A stretch of DNA of 63,091 nucleotides, filler included, from Pelomyxa schiedti (taxonomy: Eukaryota > Protista > Evosea), in NCBI GenBank assembly GCA_020536535.1. It is 8 parts of 8 records of this genome, joined end to end, with 100 filler letters (N's around TTAATTAATTAA, not from the genome) between each part and the next. Parts side by side here need not be neighbours in the genome. Positions count along the whole stretch, not along the records: positions 1 to 15,130 come from JAHLWZ010001159.1; positions 15,231 to 32,774 come from JAHLWZ010000665.1; 6 more parts are not named here. The stretch is one strand, 5' to 3'. Under the pieces are notes generated by a model that was given only the letters and a program-made list of their open reading frames with translations, searched no databases and was not told the DNA's origin. The position numbers and the translations under genes are program-made. Shown here piece by piece: positions 13,403 to 26,029 of this stretch (the stretch's first letter is position 1; every line of letters starts with the position of its first letter).

Positions 13403-15130
13403 TTACAGTTTTTTTGTTCCTGTTTTGTCAAGGTCCTCCTCTTTGAGGGAAGAGATAAAATTGAGCACGGTTTGGAACATAACCACAAGGTATCCCTATA
13501 TTATGTAAGCTCCCAATACGAAAAGTTAATTGTGTCTTAAAGTAGGCATAAACACACGGATTCGTCGGATGTCTCACTTTCAGAAAGGAAATGTTCCATG
13601 AATTTGCTTTCTGGAATAGAGTGAAAATTTGGAAGGTGTGGCAGAAAGTATAGAATACCGGAATGAGCATCCAATATGCAAGCCTTGATGAGTACATAAG
13701 AGTAGATAGGTAAAACATCATCAGCACCACTGTATGATGAAAAAAGTGAACACGGTAGACATTGTAAATGGTGGAAGTCCGCACAGAACGATTTTTGATG
13801 ACGACGCCTTACAGAGTGCATCCGTTATAGATGTGCCTATTTGTTTGAGGCATGCTATTTTGGTTGCGGGAGTTTCCATAGTGGAAATCTTCTGAGCCGC
13901 TGGTATGGATTACATGTTGATTACTTAATGAGGTTTTCAGAAACCTTTTATGGCTGCACTGTAGGGCAACGAATCTATAGGAGTACTTGGTGTCAACGTA
14001 TTAGGCTTTTGTATGTGGACTTTAACGCTTTTAAAGGAAAAAACAAAGAGGAGAGAGGGGTAAAAGGGAGATACATCAATAATCCAAAACTTCTTTGGAA
14101 CACTAAGCAGTCGCAGGTTGACGTGTTGAAACTGGTGGGATTTTGTGCTGATCAACCTATCTTCAGTGCTGTACTAAGGAAGAATCACTTTCTAGTAATA
14201 AGCTGGAAAAACATACTTTCGATATGTATTTGGGCCATATATTTCCAAAAACGTTGTTTAAAATCACTTCTTTCACTGAAAACCTGGCCCAACTTTCAAC
14301 AGTTTTAAGGGGCCGGTACACTTGTAGGACATTGTCCAAAACGGAATCTGTTAAGTGAGTTAGGACTAAGTTTGAAGCTTTGGGAATGTGAACCTGTGAA
14401 TTTGTTTATGTTTTCCTGTACAACGGGAGCAGCTTTATCACTGCCCACATCATTGCATGTTGCAAGAAAACGCTTGGTTTCATCAATAGTTCTATGCAAT
14501 GCGTCGTGTAGTCGGTGATTCCTAACTCTTTTTTTTTGTCAGTTCAGGTACAATAATTTTATGTCACGTTACTGAAGTACATCGGCCAGGTGATTCACAA
14601 GAAGCCTATTTGAAGGGGGCGGTTTAGTCAGACCTGTGAGCCTGGTATTCATTCCTTTGATCCAATCAGAAACTTCCTTCGATGTCATATCCGGATTGAC
14701 ACTGGCTCTTGCCTCTTCCTAGAAAATTGGAATTACCACTGAGGAGCAAAGGAATTTGAAAACCTGTTCAGACAGTAAATCAGCATCCGAAGGGAAAGCA
14801 ACTGGGATTCTTCTAAGAGTTCCTCCAGTTCGGGCCCTTGGTAAGGGACAATGAGAAATTGATGAGGGAGGGTGGAGACTTACCAAGCTTTTCCCAAATA
14901 AGACTGGAGTGCCTGCAATTCGGGATCCTCTATATCAGTAGCCTCAGGTGTCTCCACAAGTGGTGTTGCAATTGGCTGATTCCCAGATGACAGCGGCGAG
15001 GAGTTAGATGAGGGGTGTTGTGTGTGTGTTGGGGCAGCAGGCCTTTGCTGCGATGAATTTGCAAGGTGAGACCTTCCCACATCTAATGAAGAGGAAGACT
15101 GGCTGATAGACCTCTGTGAGTGCACTTGAG
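13403..15130 (-). CDS. VPS9-domain Rab5 GEF; 5' end truncated by the contig end
   Basis: LPYSAAIK, TPATKIACL, GADDVLPIYSYVLIKA and GYLVVMFQTVLNFISSL form the VPS9 core. Confidence 0.8.
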
Positions 15131-15230
15131 NNNNNNNNNNNNNNNNNNNNNNNNNNNNNNNNNNNNNNNNNNNNTTAATTAATTAANNNNNNNNNNNNNN
15201 NNNNNNNNNNNNNNNNNNNNNNNNNNNNNN
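15131..15230. other. Artificial contig linker (N-TTAATTAATTAA-N); also at 32775-32874, 55945-56044, 57058-57157, 58458-58557, 60145-60244 and 61253-61352
   Basis: Six-frame-stop 12-mer embedded in N runs. Confidence 0.97.
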
Positions 15231-15324
15231 AACACTTTTCTTTTAATTGGGGATGGTTGTCTGTGGTGGGAATGGGGGCTGGAGACGTCACCACCAAGAA
15301 CTGAGAGTGATAATGAGTGTGAAG

Positions 15325-18180
15325 CCAAAGCCTGATCCCTGTTTATCACGTCTCCTTCAGCATCCCGGCTTCAGATCTGAGAACATGCCTTGAGTTTCTA
15401 TTGAAGTACTCACCTCTTTCCCTCCGGAGAACACGTGGGTGGGAGCACCAGGGAGATTGGTGCACTGAGCAGAAAGGCCTGATCAGCTTCCGTGAAACCC
15501 GCACACAAGTTGGGGGAGTTTCTGCGGCCAAGTTCCCAACTTGTCCCGAACTTGTCCTTTCGGTTCTAGCAGCCAGCTACATTGCAAAAAACAAAAAAAG
15601 TTGGCTACAACTTACTGTCCCGGCACCTGCTTTAAAACGTGTACCTACTTGGAAGAACACCTTTTTGTACATACACCCTCTCTCACGGGACCATCAGCCA
15701 GACACAACCGCAACGACGTCGGCAGCGTCCCCCCTCCCCGCCCCACCCAATGCCACATCACCACCACCATCTCTACCTGCTTCCTCAGCCTCCAAGACTA
15801 CTACTACCACCACGCCAATGCCAGCTTCTTCGAATGCATCCACAACCACTCCAATCACACCCACAATCACGGCCCAATCTGCCGCGGTGCGCACAGATAC
15901 AAGGGGGGCACCCGTCGTCCCCGCTTCAGTCGCTGCTCCCTCGGTTCCCTTGCCAGGCATGGGCATGGGAACGAAGCAGATCGTAAGCGCCCCGCCAAAA
16001 TACCAACCCGATGGCGACGAGGACGGTGGAAACAGCACCGGGGACGATGACTACGACGACGATGACGACGAGGAAGGCAGTGGCAGTGATGAACTTGATG
16101 GTGGTGAAGGACGAGGAGGAGGAGGAGAAGATGGCGGAAGCAGCGAGGATGATGGTGGTCATCATGATCATGTTTACAATAATGTTCCGAGAATGGTGGG
16201 GACTGGTGTTGGTGTTGGTGGGGGGGTGCCAGGGGCTGAGGTGGGATTGTCGCTTGGGCGGATGAACCTCGGTCCGCAGTCACAGCCGATGATGCCACTG
16301 CCATGCACACCGACGGTTGGTTTTGGCTTTGGAATCCCGCGGGTGAAACAAACAGTCATTACTGGCTCGTCTGGAGCGGACAATAATAGTACTGCGGCAG
16401 CGAACACGGCGGCGCCGGAGGAGTCTGAGCTTACAAGGGCCACGAAGCTGCTGGAGTCCAGTGTGGAATTTGTGATGAAGAAGAAGGCTGCTGCGACTGG
16501 GAGAACAATCGCGGCTCCTGTGGAACATGTTGTTGCAACTCCGGAACCACGGGGCTCAGTTCTGGGTCTGGGCGGCCTCAACAGCTCGAACATAGGCTCT
16601 TTCGATTTTATGCAGGGTGCTCTGGGCAAGATTGATCGCACCGGGGGAGTACCTTTCCAAGCACAGCAACAAGAAACTTTTGTGTCACCCTCTGATCAAC
16701 TTCTGATGGAGACCCCCCTTCCTCTTTCCTTCCCATCTGCGAACGAGAGGCTTGCCACTGTGCAGGCTACCACCATGCCGTCTGTACCAAGATTCCATTC
16801 CTCTGCAGAACAGAGGCAGAAGGCAAGTCTGAAGAAACAGCTGGCACCCCTTTTTGCACCTGACACAAGCAACCCACTTGGCATCCCAAGAGGAGTGAAG
16901 ATTTTCAAACCTACTTATGATCAACAGCAGTTCAAACTGAAGAAACTACAAATGACTGAGCGGAAACCCTCGACTTCTCTAGGAACTTCAGTTCCACTTT
17001 CAGATGGGTTGCTCACTATCTCGAAAATAGGTTTAGAAGCCACCGGAGTGCTTTTCACCTACTAATACCACCCGTAGAACCAAGTGAACGCCCTCCCATG
17101 CCGATTCGATTGGCACTGCTCGCAGTGAAGGAAACGGCGTACACTGTCTCTCAATATGAGTGGGATGACTCTCACCAGCAATATTGGACACCAAACATTT
17201 TTTACGGTACGCCTTCATTCCATTTTCTTCGTGTATCTTATTAAAACTCAGATATACCGAATTTTGTTGTTCCCGAAAGTCCGCCAGCGGTATCCGCCAA
17301 CATTTCCACCTGGAACCCTTCCATCAACCGCCCTATGGCTCCTCCCACTATTTCCAATATTGGCCAGCTGTGGCCTCAAACGTGGGGCAGTGCCCCCGAA
17401 GTTTCATGGGTCAGTTTCGCACAGCGCTTCCTTGAAGTGTTTCAAGTTGACGTCAGTGACATGAAAGAAATCAGTACTACACCACCAAGTTAAGAAGCTC
17501 TACTAACTCTTTACAGTTCTATGCGACAAAGCGGCAACGCACATTACACGTTCAAAGTGGGATAAGTTGTACCCCTACTGGGCCAACTTCAACTCCAGTC
17601 AGATTGATATGGATGCTTTGACTATGTGGCGGTCGTCGGGGTAAATATCTTTAAATGCCCAAGTCCTGTCTTATTTTTTTACAAGCTGGTTCTACGGCTT
17701 ACACCCTCGAAGCCACTGTGAAAGTCTTGCTTCGGGAAGGCCATCGCAGAACACAATCCTCATCCGCTGCTCAGATTCTACGAATGCTCTCTATGTTGCT
17801 ACTCTTTACAGAGCCAGCATTGTACGCTCCTCTCTTTGCCATATCACAACTACTCAAGTACACAGGGCTTCTTGCACTTGAGAATTGGTCACCGCCGGCC
17901 CGGAGAGCGCGGAATTTGGGCCGAAAACACGGGAATTCCTTGTTATGAGCTGAACCCACCTCTGCCTCCGCAGCAGTCAAATACACGCATGTTCTCTGGC
18001 AGTGAGTGGTACCTACTGCAAAAAACCGGGGACCTGTACCGGAACGGCCCAAGTGCGGCATCAGCAAGGCCAACACTTGAAGACCTGTTGACCCAGGTGC
18101 TATGCCCCGCTCTGGGAAATCCCACAATTCTGTACCGAAGCTACCCTTCATATGTCAACTTCGTGAACACAAGACTCTGA
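15325..18180 (+). CDS. Large low-complexity protein with a C-terminal EF-hand-like + SH2 module (SH2 gene 1); 5' end uncertain
   Basis: The 554-aa ORF splices at ATAG|gtttag..cgtag|AA into EPSERPPMPIRL... Downstream exons give WPQTWGSAPEVSWVSFAQRFLEVF, then WFYGLHPRSHCESLASGRPSQNTILIRCSDSTNALYVATLYR (from 17687), which fits the SH2 WFHG...FLIRxS signature. Stop at 18178-18180. Confidence 0.7.
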
Positions 18181-18374
18181 GATGATTCTGGGCCTCGTTG
18201 TCGAACTTGTTGTCTGTATCATACTCAAACGGTGCGTGATGACACTCACGCATTGTTGCCTCGAGGTAAATCAACTCAAGCCCAAAAACTTTGAAACCGC
18301 GGTTTGCCCTTTTTCAAAGTTTGGGCAAAAAAACAAATCAAAAATTACTTCGGCGGGCTGTTGGTTTTTTGGGG

Positions 18375-19428
18375 ATGACGGAACCACCCTGGAATAGGAT
18401 TGCACCCGACGACGAGGACCCGCCGTCGTCGTCCCCGAGCGTGTCGGGAAGCGGACCAACCCGGTCTGCAAATTGGTACCAACCTGGCGCTTTTTTTTCT
18501 TTTTTTTTTTTATTCTTTCTCCCTTTGGCAACAGCACCAAACCCCCTGGTCGCTTGCTTTTTTTGGTAAACTTCGACTCACAATGACTGTTTAGCACTGG
18601 GGACCGGGGAGTGGTGTATTCTGGGTGGAATTGGCTCACTCCCAATATCTGGGCACAGTTCTGGGGCCTATGGAACGCAATGAACCTGGAAAAGGTGTCA
18701 TGGCCTGCTTTCGCAGAGAGATTTCAAATGATTTTTGGGATTTGGATTGGTGACCTGGGGGCCTGTGGTGTGTGTTTGTAGTTCAAGAAATACTGACACC
18801 CTACTAATTCCAACACAGTTTTGGGGAACACTGGACCTTACATCACCGAGACCCGCTGGTTAGGTCTTCTTAAATACTGGAGCAACCGGGATAATTCCGG
18901 CCCTGATGCCAAAATTATCGCAATGTGGCGCACAAGGTTAACCCCTTTGACGTGAATTACAACTTACTCCCAAAAGCTTTTATGAAGGCTGGTTCGTCGG
19001 CTTCCTTTCTGATTTGGAAAGTTCTCAGCGCGTTAGGAGCTATCAATCAAAATGGTTGGTGCGGTGCTCCTCCAACATCCCGCTGTACACTCTAGTCTAT
19101 CGCCAAGAAATAAATGTAAGGTCTACAAATTCGAACCGCTGATCTAATCAGAATTAGGGAACCTACTGTTTGTACAATAGCCGGATTGGCCATCACCAAC
19201 CAGGGCAATGTGGAATAATGGTAGACTCTGAGACAGAGCCTGTCTGGCACAAAATCAAGAAGAATGTGGATCGTGACTTCTGGTACTTTCTGCCCTCTTC
19301 GGTCAGGAACAGGCTGCAGGCACCCACTCTCGCACAGCTACTCCATAAAAGTAAGTGCTGTGGCTAGAAACATGCTCACACCAGAGCAGAGTGTATACAT
19401 ACAGGACACTAAATTAACTGTAACATAG
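18375..19428 (+). CDS. Small stand-alone EF-hand-like + SH2 protein (SH2 gene 2, copy A); multi-exon
   Basis: IWAQFWGLWNAMNLEKVSWPAFAERFQMIF, WLGLLKYW and WFVGFLSDLESSQRVRSYQSKWLVRCSSNIPLYTLVYR. It shares RIGHxxPG with gene 1. A final short exon follows a GTAAGT donor. Confidence 0.7.
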
Positions 19429-19579
19429 TAAAAAAAACCCTTACCTGCTTCCTTTAACACATACACGAAGAGAAGTGACACTTGTTGACAAATAGTGACC
19501 CGATGGGTGTGTGTGATTTGTTGAGCGATTGTCCCGTTCTTCATCGACCTTCCCATAATTTGATTGAATTCGGTTTGGG

Positions 19580-19962
19580 ATGGTGACCCTTCGTGCGTGG
19601 ATCGTCGCGATGGCGTGCCTCACCATCGGGGGCGTGTGCGGGGCTTCGGCCGCCGCCAACTTGGAGTTCACGTCCGAGGGCGGGGAGCTCAAGGTGAACG
19701 GGCAGTCGTTCAAAATGAAGGGAGCAAGTTGGTTTGGGTTCGAAACATCAAACAGTGAGTGCCATGCCATTCTCCATTCTCTTTATTTAGGCTCCTTCAT
19801 TCGTAATGACGTTGCGGTTTTGTTTTTCGTTTTACAATTGCATGTACTGATGGGAAACTAAGATGTTGTGCATGGGCTGTGGGCACAGGATTATCACACG
19901 CTGCTGGAGTTCCTCTCTGATAATGACTTTAACGCTCTGAGGTTGCCTTTTTACCTTGAGCT
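19580..19962 (+). CDS. GH5 endoglucanase 5' part (copy A; cut by an N gap)
   Basis: Signal peptide, then KGASWFGFET, HGLWAQDY and FNALRLPF. Confidence 0.8.
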
Positions 19963-20062
19963 NNNNNNNNNNNNNNNNNNNNNNNNNNNNNNNNNNNNNN
20001 NNNNNNNNNNNNNNNNNNNNNNNNNNNNNNNNNNNNNNNNNNNNNNNNNNNNNNNNNNNNNN

Positions 20063-20323
20063 GCCGAAAACACGGGAATTCCTTGTTATGAGCTGAACCC
20101 ACCTCTGCCTCCGCAGCAGTCAAATACACGCATGTTCTCTGGCAGTGAGTGGTACCTACTGCAAAAAACCGGGGACCTGTACCAGAACGGCCCAAGTGCG
20201 GCATCAGCAAGGCCAACACTTGACGACCTGTTGACCCAGGTGCTATGCCCCGCTCTGGGAAATCCCACAATTCTGTACCGAAGCTACCCTTCATATGTGA
20301 ACTTCGGGTACACAAGACTCTGA
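20063..20323 (+). CDS. 3' end of SH2 gene 1 (copy B)
   Basis: Near-identical to 17920-18180. Confidence 0.65.
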   Translation, partial: AENTGIPCYELNPPLPPQQSNTRMFSGSEWYLLQKTGDLYQNGPSAASARPTLDDLLTQVLCPALGNPTILYRSYPSYVNFGYTRL

Positions 20324-20490
20324 GATGAGATTCTGGGCCTCGTTGTCGAACTTGTTGTCTGTATCATACTCAAACGGTGCGTGAGTGTAAATCAACTCCA
20401 AGCCCAAAAACTTTGCGGTTTGCCCCTTTTCAAAGTTTTGGCAAAAAAACAAATCAAAAATTACTTCGGCGGGCTGTTGGTTTTTTGGAG

Positions 20491-21541
20491 ATGACGGAAC
20501 CACCCCGGAATAGGATTGCACCCGACGACGAGGACCCGTCGTCGTCCCCGAGCGTGTCGGGAAGCGGACCAACCCGTTCTGCAAATTGGTACCAACCTGG
20601 CGCTTTTTTTTCTTTTTTTTTTTATTCTTTCTCCCTTTGGCAACACCACCCGTCGCCTCGCTTGCTTTTTTTGGTAAACTCTGACTCACATGACTGTGTT
20701 TAGCACCGCGGACCGGGGAGTGGTGCATTCTGGGTGGAATTGGCTCACTCCCAATATCTGGGCACAGTTCTGGGGCCTATGGAACGCAAGGAACCTGGAC
20801 AAGGTGTCATGGCCTGCTTTCGCAGAGAGATTCCTAGTGATTTTTGGGATTTGGATTGGTGACCTAAAAACCTGTGGTGTGTGTTTGTAGTTCAAGAAAT
20901 ACTTACACCCTACTAATTCCACCACAGTTTTAGGGAACACTGGACCTTACATCACCGAGACCCGCTGGTTAGGTCTTCTCAAATACTGGAGCAACGGGGA
21001 TAATTCCGGCCCTGATGCCAAAATCATCGCAATGTGGCGCAAAAGGTTAACACCCCTTTGACGTGAATTACAACTTACTCCCAAAAGCTTTTATAAAGGC
21101 TGGTTCGTCGGCTTCCTTTCTGATTTGGAAAGTTCTCAGCGCGTTAGGAGCTATCAATCAAAATGGTTGGTGCGGTGCTCCTCCAACATCCCGCTGTACA
21201 CTCTAGTCTATCGGCAAGAAATCAATGTAAGGTCTACAAATTCTGAACCACTGAGCTCATCAGAATTAGGGAACCTACTGTGTGTGCAATAGCCGGATTG
21301 GCCATCATCAGCCAGGAGAACGTGGAATAATGGTAGACTCTGAGGCAGAGCCTGTCTGGCACGAAATCAAGAAGTGCGTGGATTGTGACTTCTGGTACTT
21401 TCTGCCCTCTTTGGTCTGGAATAGGCTGCAGGCACGCTCTCTCGCACGGCTACTCCAGAAAAGTAAGTGCTGTGGCTAGGAAACATGCTCACACCAGAGC
21501 AGAGTGTATACATACAGAACACTAAATTAACTGTATCATAG
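20491..21541 (+). CDS. SH2 gene 2, copy B
   Basis: Same exon structure as copy A with an intact frame and many amino-acid substitutions. Confidence 0.7.
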
Positions 21542-21694
21542 TAAAAAAAAAGACCCTTACCCGCTTCATTAACACATACACACGAAGAGAAGTACACTTG
21601 TTGACAAATACTGACCCGATGGGTGTGTGATTTGTTGAGCGACTGTCACTTTTCTTCATCGACCTTCCCATAATTTGATTGAATTCGGTTAGTG

Positions 21695-23218
21695 ATGGTG
21701 ACCCTTCGTGCGTGGATCGTCGCGATGGCGTGCCTCACCGTCGGGGGCGTGTGCGGGGCTTCGGCGGCCGCCAACTTGGAGTTCACGTCTGAGGGCGGGG
21801 AGCTCAAGGTGAACGGGCAGTCGTTCAAAATGAAGGGAGCAAGTTGGTTTGGGTTCGAAACATCAAACAGTGAGTGCCATGCCATTTTTTAGGCTCCTTA
21901 ATTCGTAATTACGTTGCGGTTTTGTTTTTCGTTTTAAATTGTATGTACTGATGGGAAACTAAGATGTTGTGCATGGGCTGTGGGCACAGGATTATCACAC
22001 GCTGCTGGAGTTCCTCTCTGATAATGACTTTAACGCTCTGAGGTTGCCTTTTTACCTTGAGCTNNNNNNNNNNNNNNNNNNNNNNNNNNNNNNNNNNNNN
22101 NNNNNNNNNNNNNNNNNNNNNNNNNNNNNNNNNNNNNNNNNNNNNNNNNNNNNNNNNNNNNNNATGTACTGATGGGAAACTAAGATGTTGTGCATGGGCT
22201 GTGGGCACAGGATTATCACACGCTGCTGGAGTTCCTCTCTGATAATGACTTTAACGCTCTGAGGTTGCCTTTTTACCTTGAGCTTGTGCTGTATGATGCG
22301 GTGCCAAACAGCATCAACTTCTGGCAGATGAACGGGGACCTCGTGAACTTGACCTCTCTCCAGGTTCTTGACAAAATCATTGAGTATGCCGGTGAACTCG
22401 GAATGGTTGTGATGCTTGATTTGCACAGCTTTAAGGCCGGGACTTTCATGGAGGACGGCTTGTGGTATGACTCCACCCACCCAGAGTCACAGGTGTGCAT
22501 TAACCCGGAACTACCAATGAACTAACAACGGCACAAGGTACTGCAAGCATTTGACAAACTTGCCAGCCGGTACGAAAGCCAGTGGAATGTATTTGCATTC
22601 GACCTCAAGAATGAGCCGTTTTCAACAACATGGGCCACCGGTGACACCACAACAGACTGGCTCCTTGCGTCTGAGAGGATGTCACAACATATCCTGGACA
22701 CATCGGCCGGATCCCGGCTTCTCATGTTCGTTGAAGGCACAGCCTCCAGTCCCCCCTGCACCGATAACTGTTTCTGGGGGGAAGACCTCATCGGTGTGGC
22801 AGAGAATCCCATTACGCTCACCAAATCCCAACAGAACACCAAGATAGTATACTCCCCGCACTGCTACGGCCCCGATGTAGCATACCAGCCCTATTTCAAT
22901 GTTCCGGAATTCCCAGATAACATGCCGGCAATTTGGACTGAGCACTGGGGGTATGTTGCAAACAAAACCGGGAGGGCTGTAGTTATTGGAGAGTGGGGCG
23001 GGAAAGTGGAAGGCCAAAACGGAGTGTGGATGGAGGCCTTTGTGGACTATCTTGGGGAGAACAACTTGGCCAGCACCTTCTTCTGGTGCCTGAACCCTGA
23101 CTCTGGGGACACCGGCGGCCTGCTGCAGAATGACTGGGTCACTCCTGAACAAGAGAAGCTAGACCTTCTACAAGTCTTGCAGCCCAATCCCACATCCCTC
23201 CTCTCTCTGTCCCACTGA
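21695..23218 (+). CDS. Secreted glycoside hydrolase family 5 endoglucanase (cellulase, GH5_1-like); spans a spurious N gap
   Basis: Signal peptide, WFGFET, FNALRLPF, VMLDLH, acid/base motif FDLKNEP, VYSPHCYGP, nucleophile motif VIGEWGG and FFWCLNPDSGDTGGLL. Contains spliceosomal introns. Confidence 0.92.
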
Positions 23219-23300
23219 TACCACTACTGATTACCCTATCATCATTAACAATGTTTCCAAGAACTTGTTGTTGCTTCCAACCCCGATCAAGCCGTTTCAA

Positions 23301-25828
23301 ATGGCAGGGGTGACTACCGCAACAACAACAACGACTTCACACCCAACGGAACAACAACAAGAAGAACCAACAGATTTGTCCGAGTGGATTGACAAAATAA
23401 CAAACACAGAGCCTCATGCTTCTTCATCGTCTTCATCCTCTGCGACTTGCTTGTGTAGTATGTGCCAGGCGATGGGCAAGACTGACGTGAAGGGTGTCTA
23501 TTGGTGCGTGGAGTGCACCAAGGCGTCAGGGGGGGGTGCCCCGTTGATGTTCTGTGAGTCGTGCTGGTCAAAGGCCCACTGGGCACCGTGGTTGATGTCG
23601 CACGCCAAGGCCGAGGCGTCGTCTATCCCACAGGAACCATTGAAAACCCGTTGTTTCCTTCTTCACGGATCCATTCATACATTCTAATTAATTAATAATT
23701 CATTATTATTTTAAATGATCATTTATAGTCTATAAATGTATGAGACATTAAAAAATAAAAAACACCACATAATGTGCTCTGCATTCCCCCTCATTTTAAT
23801 ACCAGGAATTTGTGAGAAGCACCGGCTTCAGCTTGACCTGTTCTGTGAAACGGACCGCGCATTTATTTGCCCCACGTGCTCGTTCTCGTCTTCCCACAAG
23901 GTTGTTGTGATTCGTTGATTTACAGTAACCATTACCAAAGAGTCACAACATTGTGACTGTGGAGGATCTCTGTGAGCAGAAAAAAATAAACGTGGAAGCA
24001 TTTTTGTTGAAAATCTCCAAATTTCACACTGATTTGAACTCATGTGCTAAATCCATTGAGTCCGTGCGGACCGCCACACAACAGGTGTGAGTGCATTTGT
24101 TCAAAGCATCTTAGAAAACAAAAGGTTCACAGTCAATTTGAGGAAAAAGTCTGTTCGGAATTCGGGGATATGATTGCAAGATTACAGAGAAGGCAGGAGG
24201 AACTACTTTCAGTTTCCCTGTCAATTGCATCCGCGAAAGGTGTGTATCCACAGACTCCTAACTGTCTCGATTAGAATGACTCACTTTAGCATGTACGTTG
24301 TCAAGGCAACTGGAAAACGTATCTATCAGGGTCAAGAACGTTGAGCGGTGCAAGTCCAAGTTTCAGTCTATCTTGAGTACTGGTGATCCTTTCAAAATCA
24401 TCGAATGTTGTGATTCTATTGATGCCATACTTAAAGTATCATTTGCCACTTCGGCACCATCACAAATCAAATAGAAAATTGAATGCGACCCGGAACAACT
24501 GGCACCATGTGCAACCGCAACTTTGAGTTGTTGCACTGATGACATCGTACTCTTCAAGTCAAAGATTCCTAACCTGTGCTTCATATCTTCCGGTTGTGTA
24601 GCCCATTCTTTTGTTTGTATTTAACCCGAAATCCCAAACAACACAGGGCCGGTTCTCGAGTGCATCAAATTGGAATCCGACGCGAAAGTAACAGGAGGAT
24701 ATTCAGTGACACTGCGTGGACAGTGGCCAGAAACAGCAACAAACCAGGACATTAGAGTGGGAGTCGGTGAATCAGAGTGCACAAACGTGAACATTGTCAC
24801 TCCTGGCTCTGTTCTCAATTGCACTGTGCCGGATTATGGTGTCGGTCGCGACCTTCCTGTGTCACTCTCTGTGTTTGGTGTCCTGGCTGAGACCATCCAA
24901 CATAACATAAGGTTCTCATTCCCAGGTTTGTGAATCACCACAGTAAAAGACTCACAAAATGATACACACAGGACTGGAGATTCAGAACGTCACGAGGGTT
25001 CCTCGCCAAGGTGGGAAGGTAACAATCACAGGTCGTGGGTTTGGCACCTCACCCCGTGAAATAACAGTTTGTGTCGATGGTGTGACACACTCCATTTCTT
25101 CTCCTTATAATCTCTAATTCTAAAAATACACAGGAGTCATGTGCCGCAACGTTGAAGTGACACACCCACACACTGTAATCACGTGCACAGTGCCACCACC
25201 ACAAGCCCGAGACAACCAAGCAAAATTGGTTCTTACGGTTGCTGGTCAAAATGCTTCTTGCGTTTTGGAAAGAGGTGTGTTGTGGGACTTGCATTTATTC
25301 AACTTATAAAACCCAGACACCACCACACCTTCAACAACCTGGGAGTGGGACACAATGAGCTGTGGGAACCTTCTCGTGATACCACCAGATGACAAGTCCA
25401 CAGTGCTCAAGCCAAAATCTCAACCAAGCCAACACGAGCAGTCAGCAGTGGCAGCCACCACGCAGCTCATCGATACCAACCTCGCGTACGAGTGGCACCT
25501 CTCAATCTCCGGACTGGTAGAATCGAACAACGACCACTGGGTCGCCTACGGGCTCACACAGAAGCCACTTGTACACGACTCCTTTATGTATGCCAACATG
25601 CACAGCTGGTCGACTGCCAACCAGTGCTACAGGCTGCCCCCAGGAACGCCTGCCTTCCAAGCAACGGGAGGGAGGGAGGAAGTCACGTTCCGGTACGATG
25701 CACGCACACTCACGCTCACTGCAACGTGGCCACTACACAACAACGCAACGGTTCTGGTGCCCAACATCCCAAAGGGATTGTATCCTGCTGTCGAGATACA
25801 CAACCACAACACTGTCAAGATAACTTGA
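23301..25828 (+). CDS. TRIM-like paralogue A: B-box1, B-box2, coiled coil, 2x IPT/TIG, SPRY/B30.2-like (no RING)
   Basis: B-box1 CSMC..WCVEC..FCESCWSKAH; B-box2 CEKHRLQLDLFCETDRAFICPTCSFSSSHKSH; helical region; IPT repeats GGYSVTLRG..CTVP and GGKVTITGRGFG..ITCTVPP; SPRY-like WEWD..YEW..WVAYGL..LYPAV. Confidence 0.8.
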
Positions 25829-26029
25829 TCTTGACTGGCTGNNNNNNNNNNNNNNNNNNNNNNNNNNNNNNNNNNNNNNNNNNNNNNNNNNNNNNNNNNN
25901 NNNNNNNNNNNNNNNNNNNNNNNNNNNNNNNNNNNNNNNNNCTGAACTGAACACAGGAGGCTGCGGCGTCTTTTCAGTTCCCCAACTTTGTTTTTCACAA
26001 CAAAGTCGATCACAACAACGAAGTAATAA

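Larger units (their letters stand above)
17920..22063 (+). repeat. About 2-kb apparent tandem duplication (17920-19962 vs 20063-22063), probably two haplotypes of an assembly bubble
   Basis: The copies are identical for exactly their first and last 121 bp and divergent in between. They are separated by 100-N gaps, and 22164 onward repeats the last 121 bp again. Confidence 0.85.

Noticed and set aside
15175-15186. TTAATTAATTAA as a biological repeat
   Set aside because: An artificial six-frame-stop linker between contigs.
15401-17065. 554-aa ORF as a transposon gag or viral gene
   Set aside because: No zinc knuckle, RT, integrase or terminal repeats, and it splices in frame into the SH2 exons.
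17920-22284. Genuine tandem duplication giving three GH5 starts and two SH2 loci
   Set aside because: Exact 121-bp identical ends beside 100-N gaps are the signature of a de Bruijn bubble laid out in series. These are most likely alleles, although read depth is needed to be sure.
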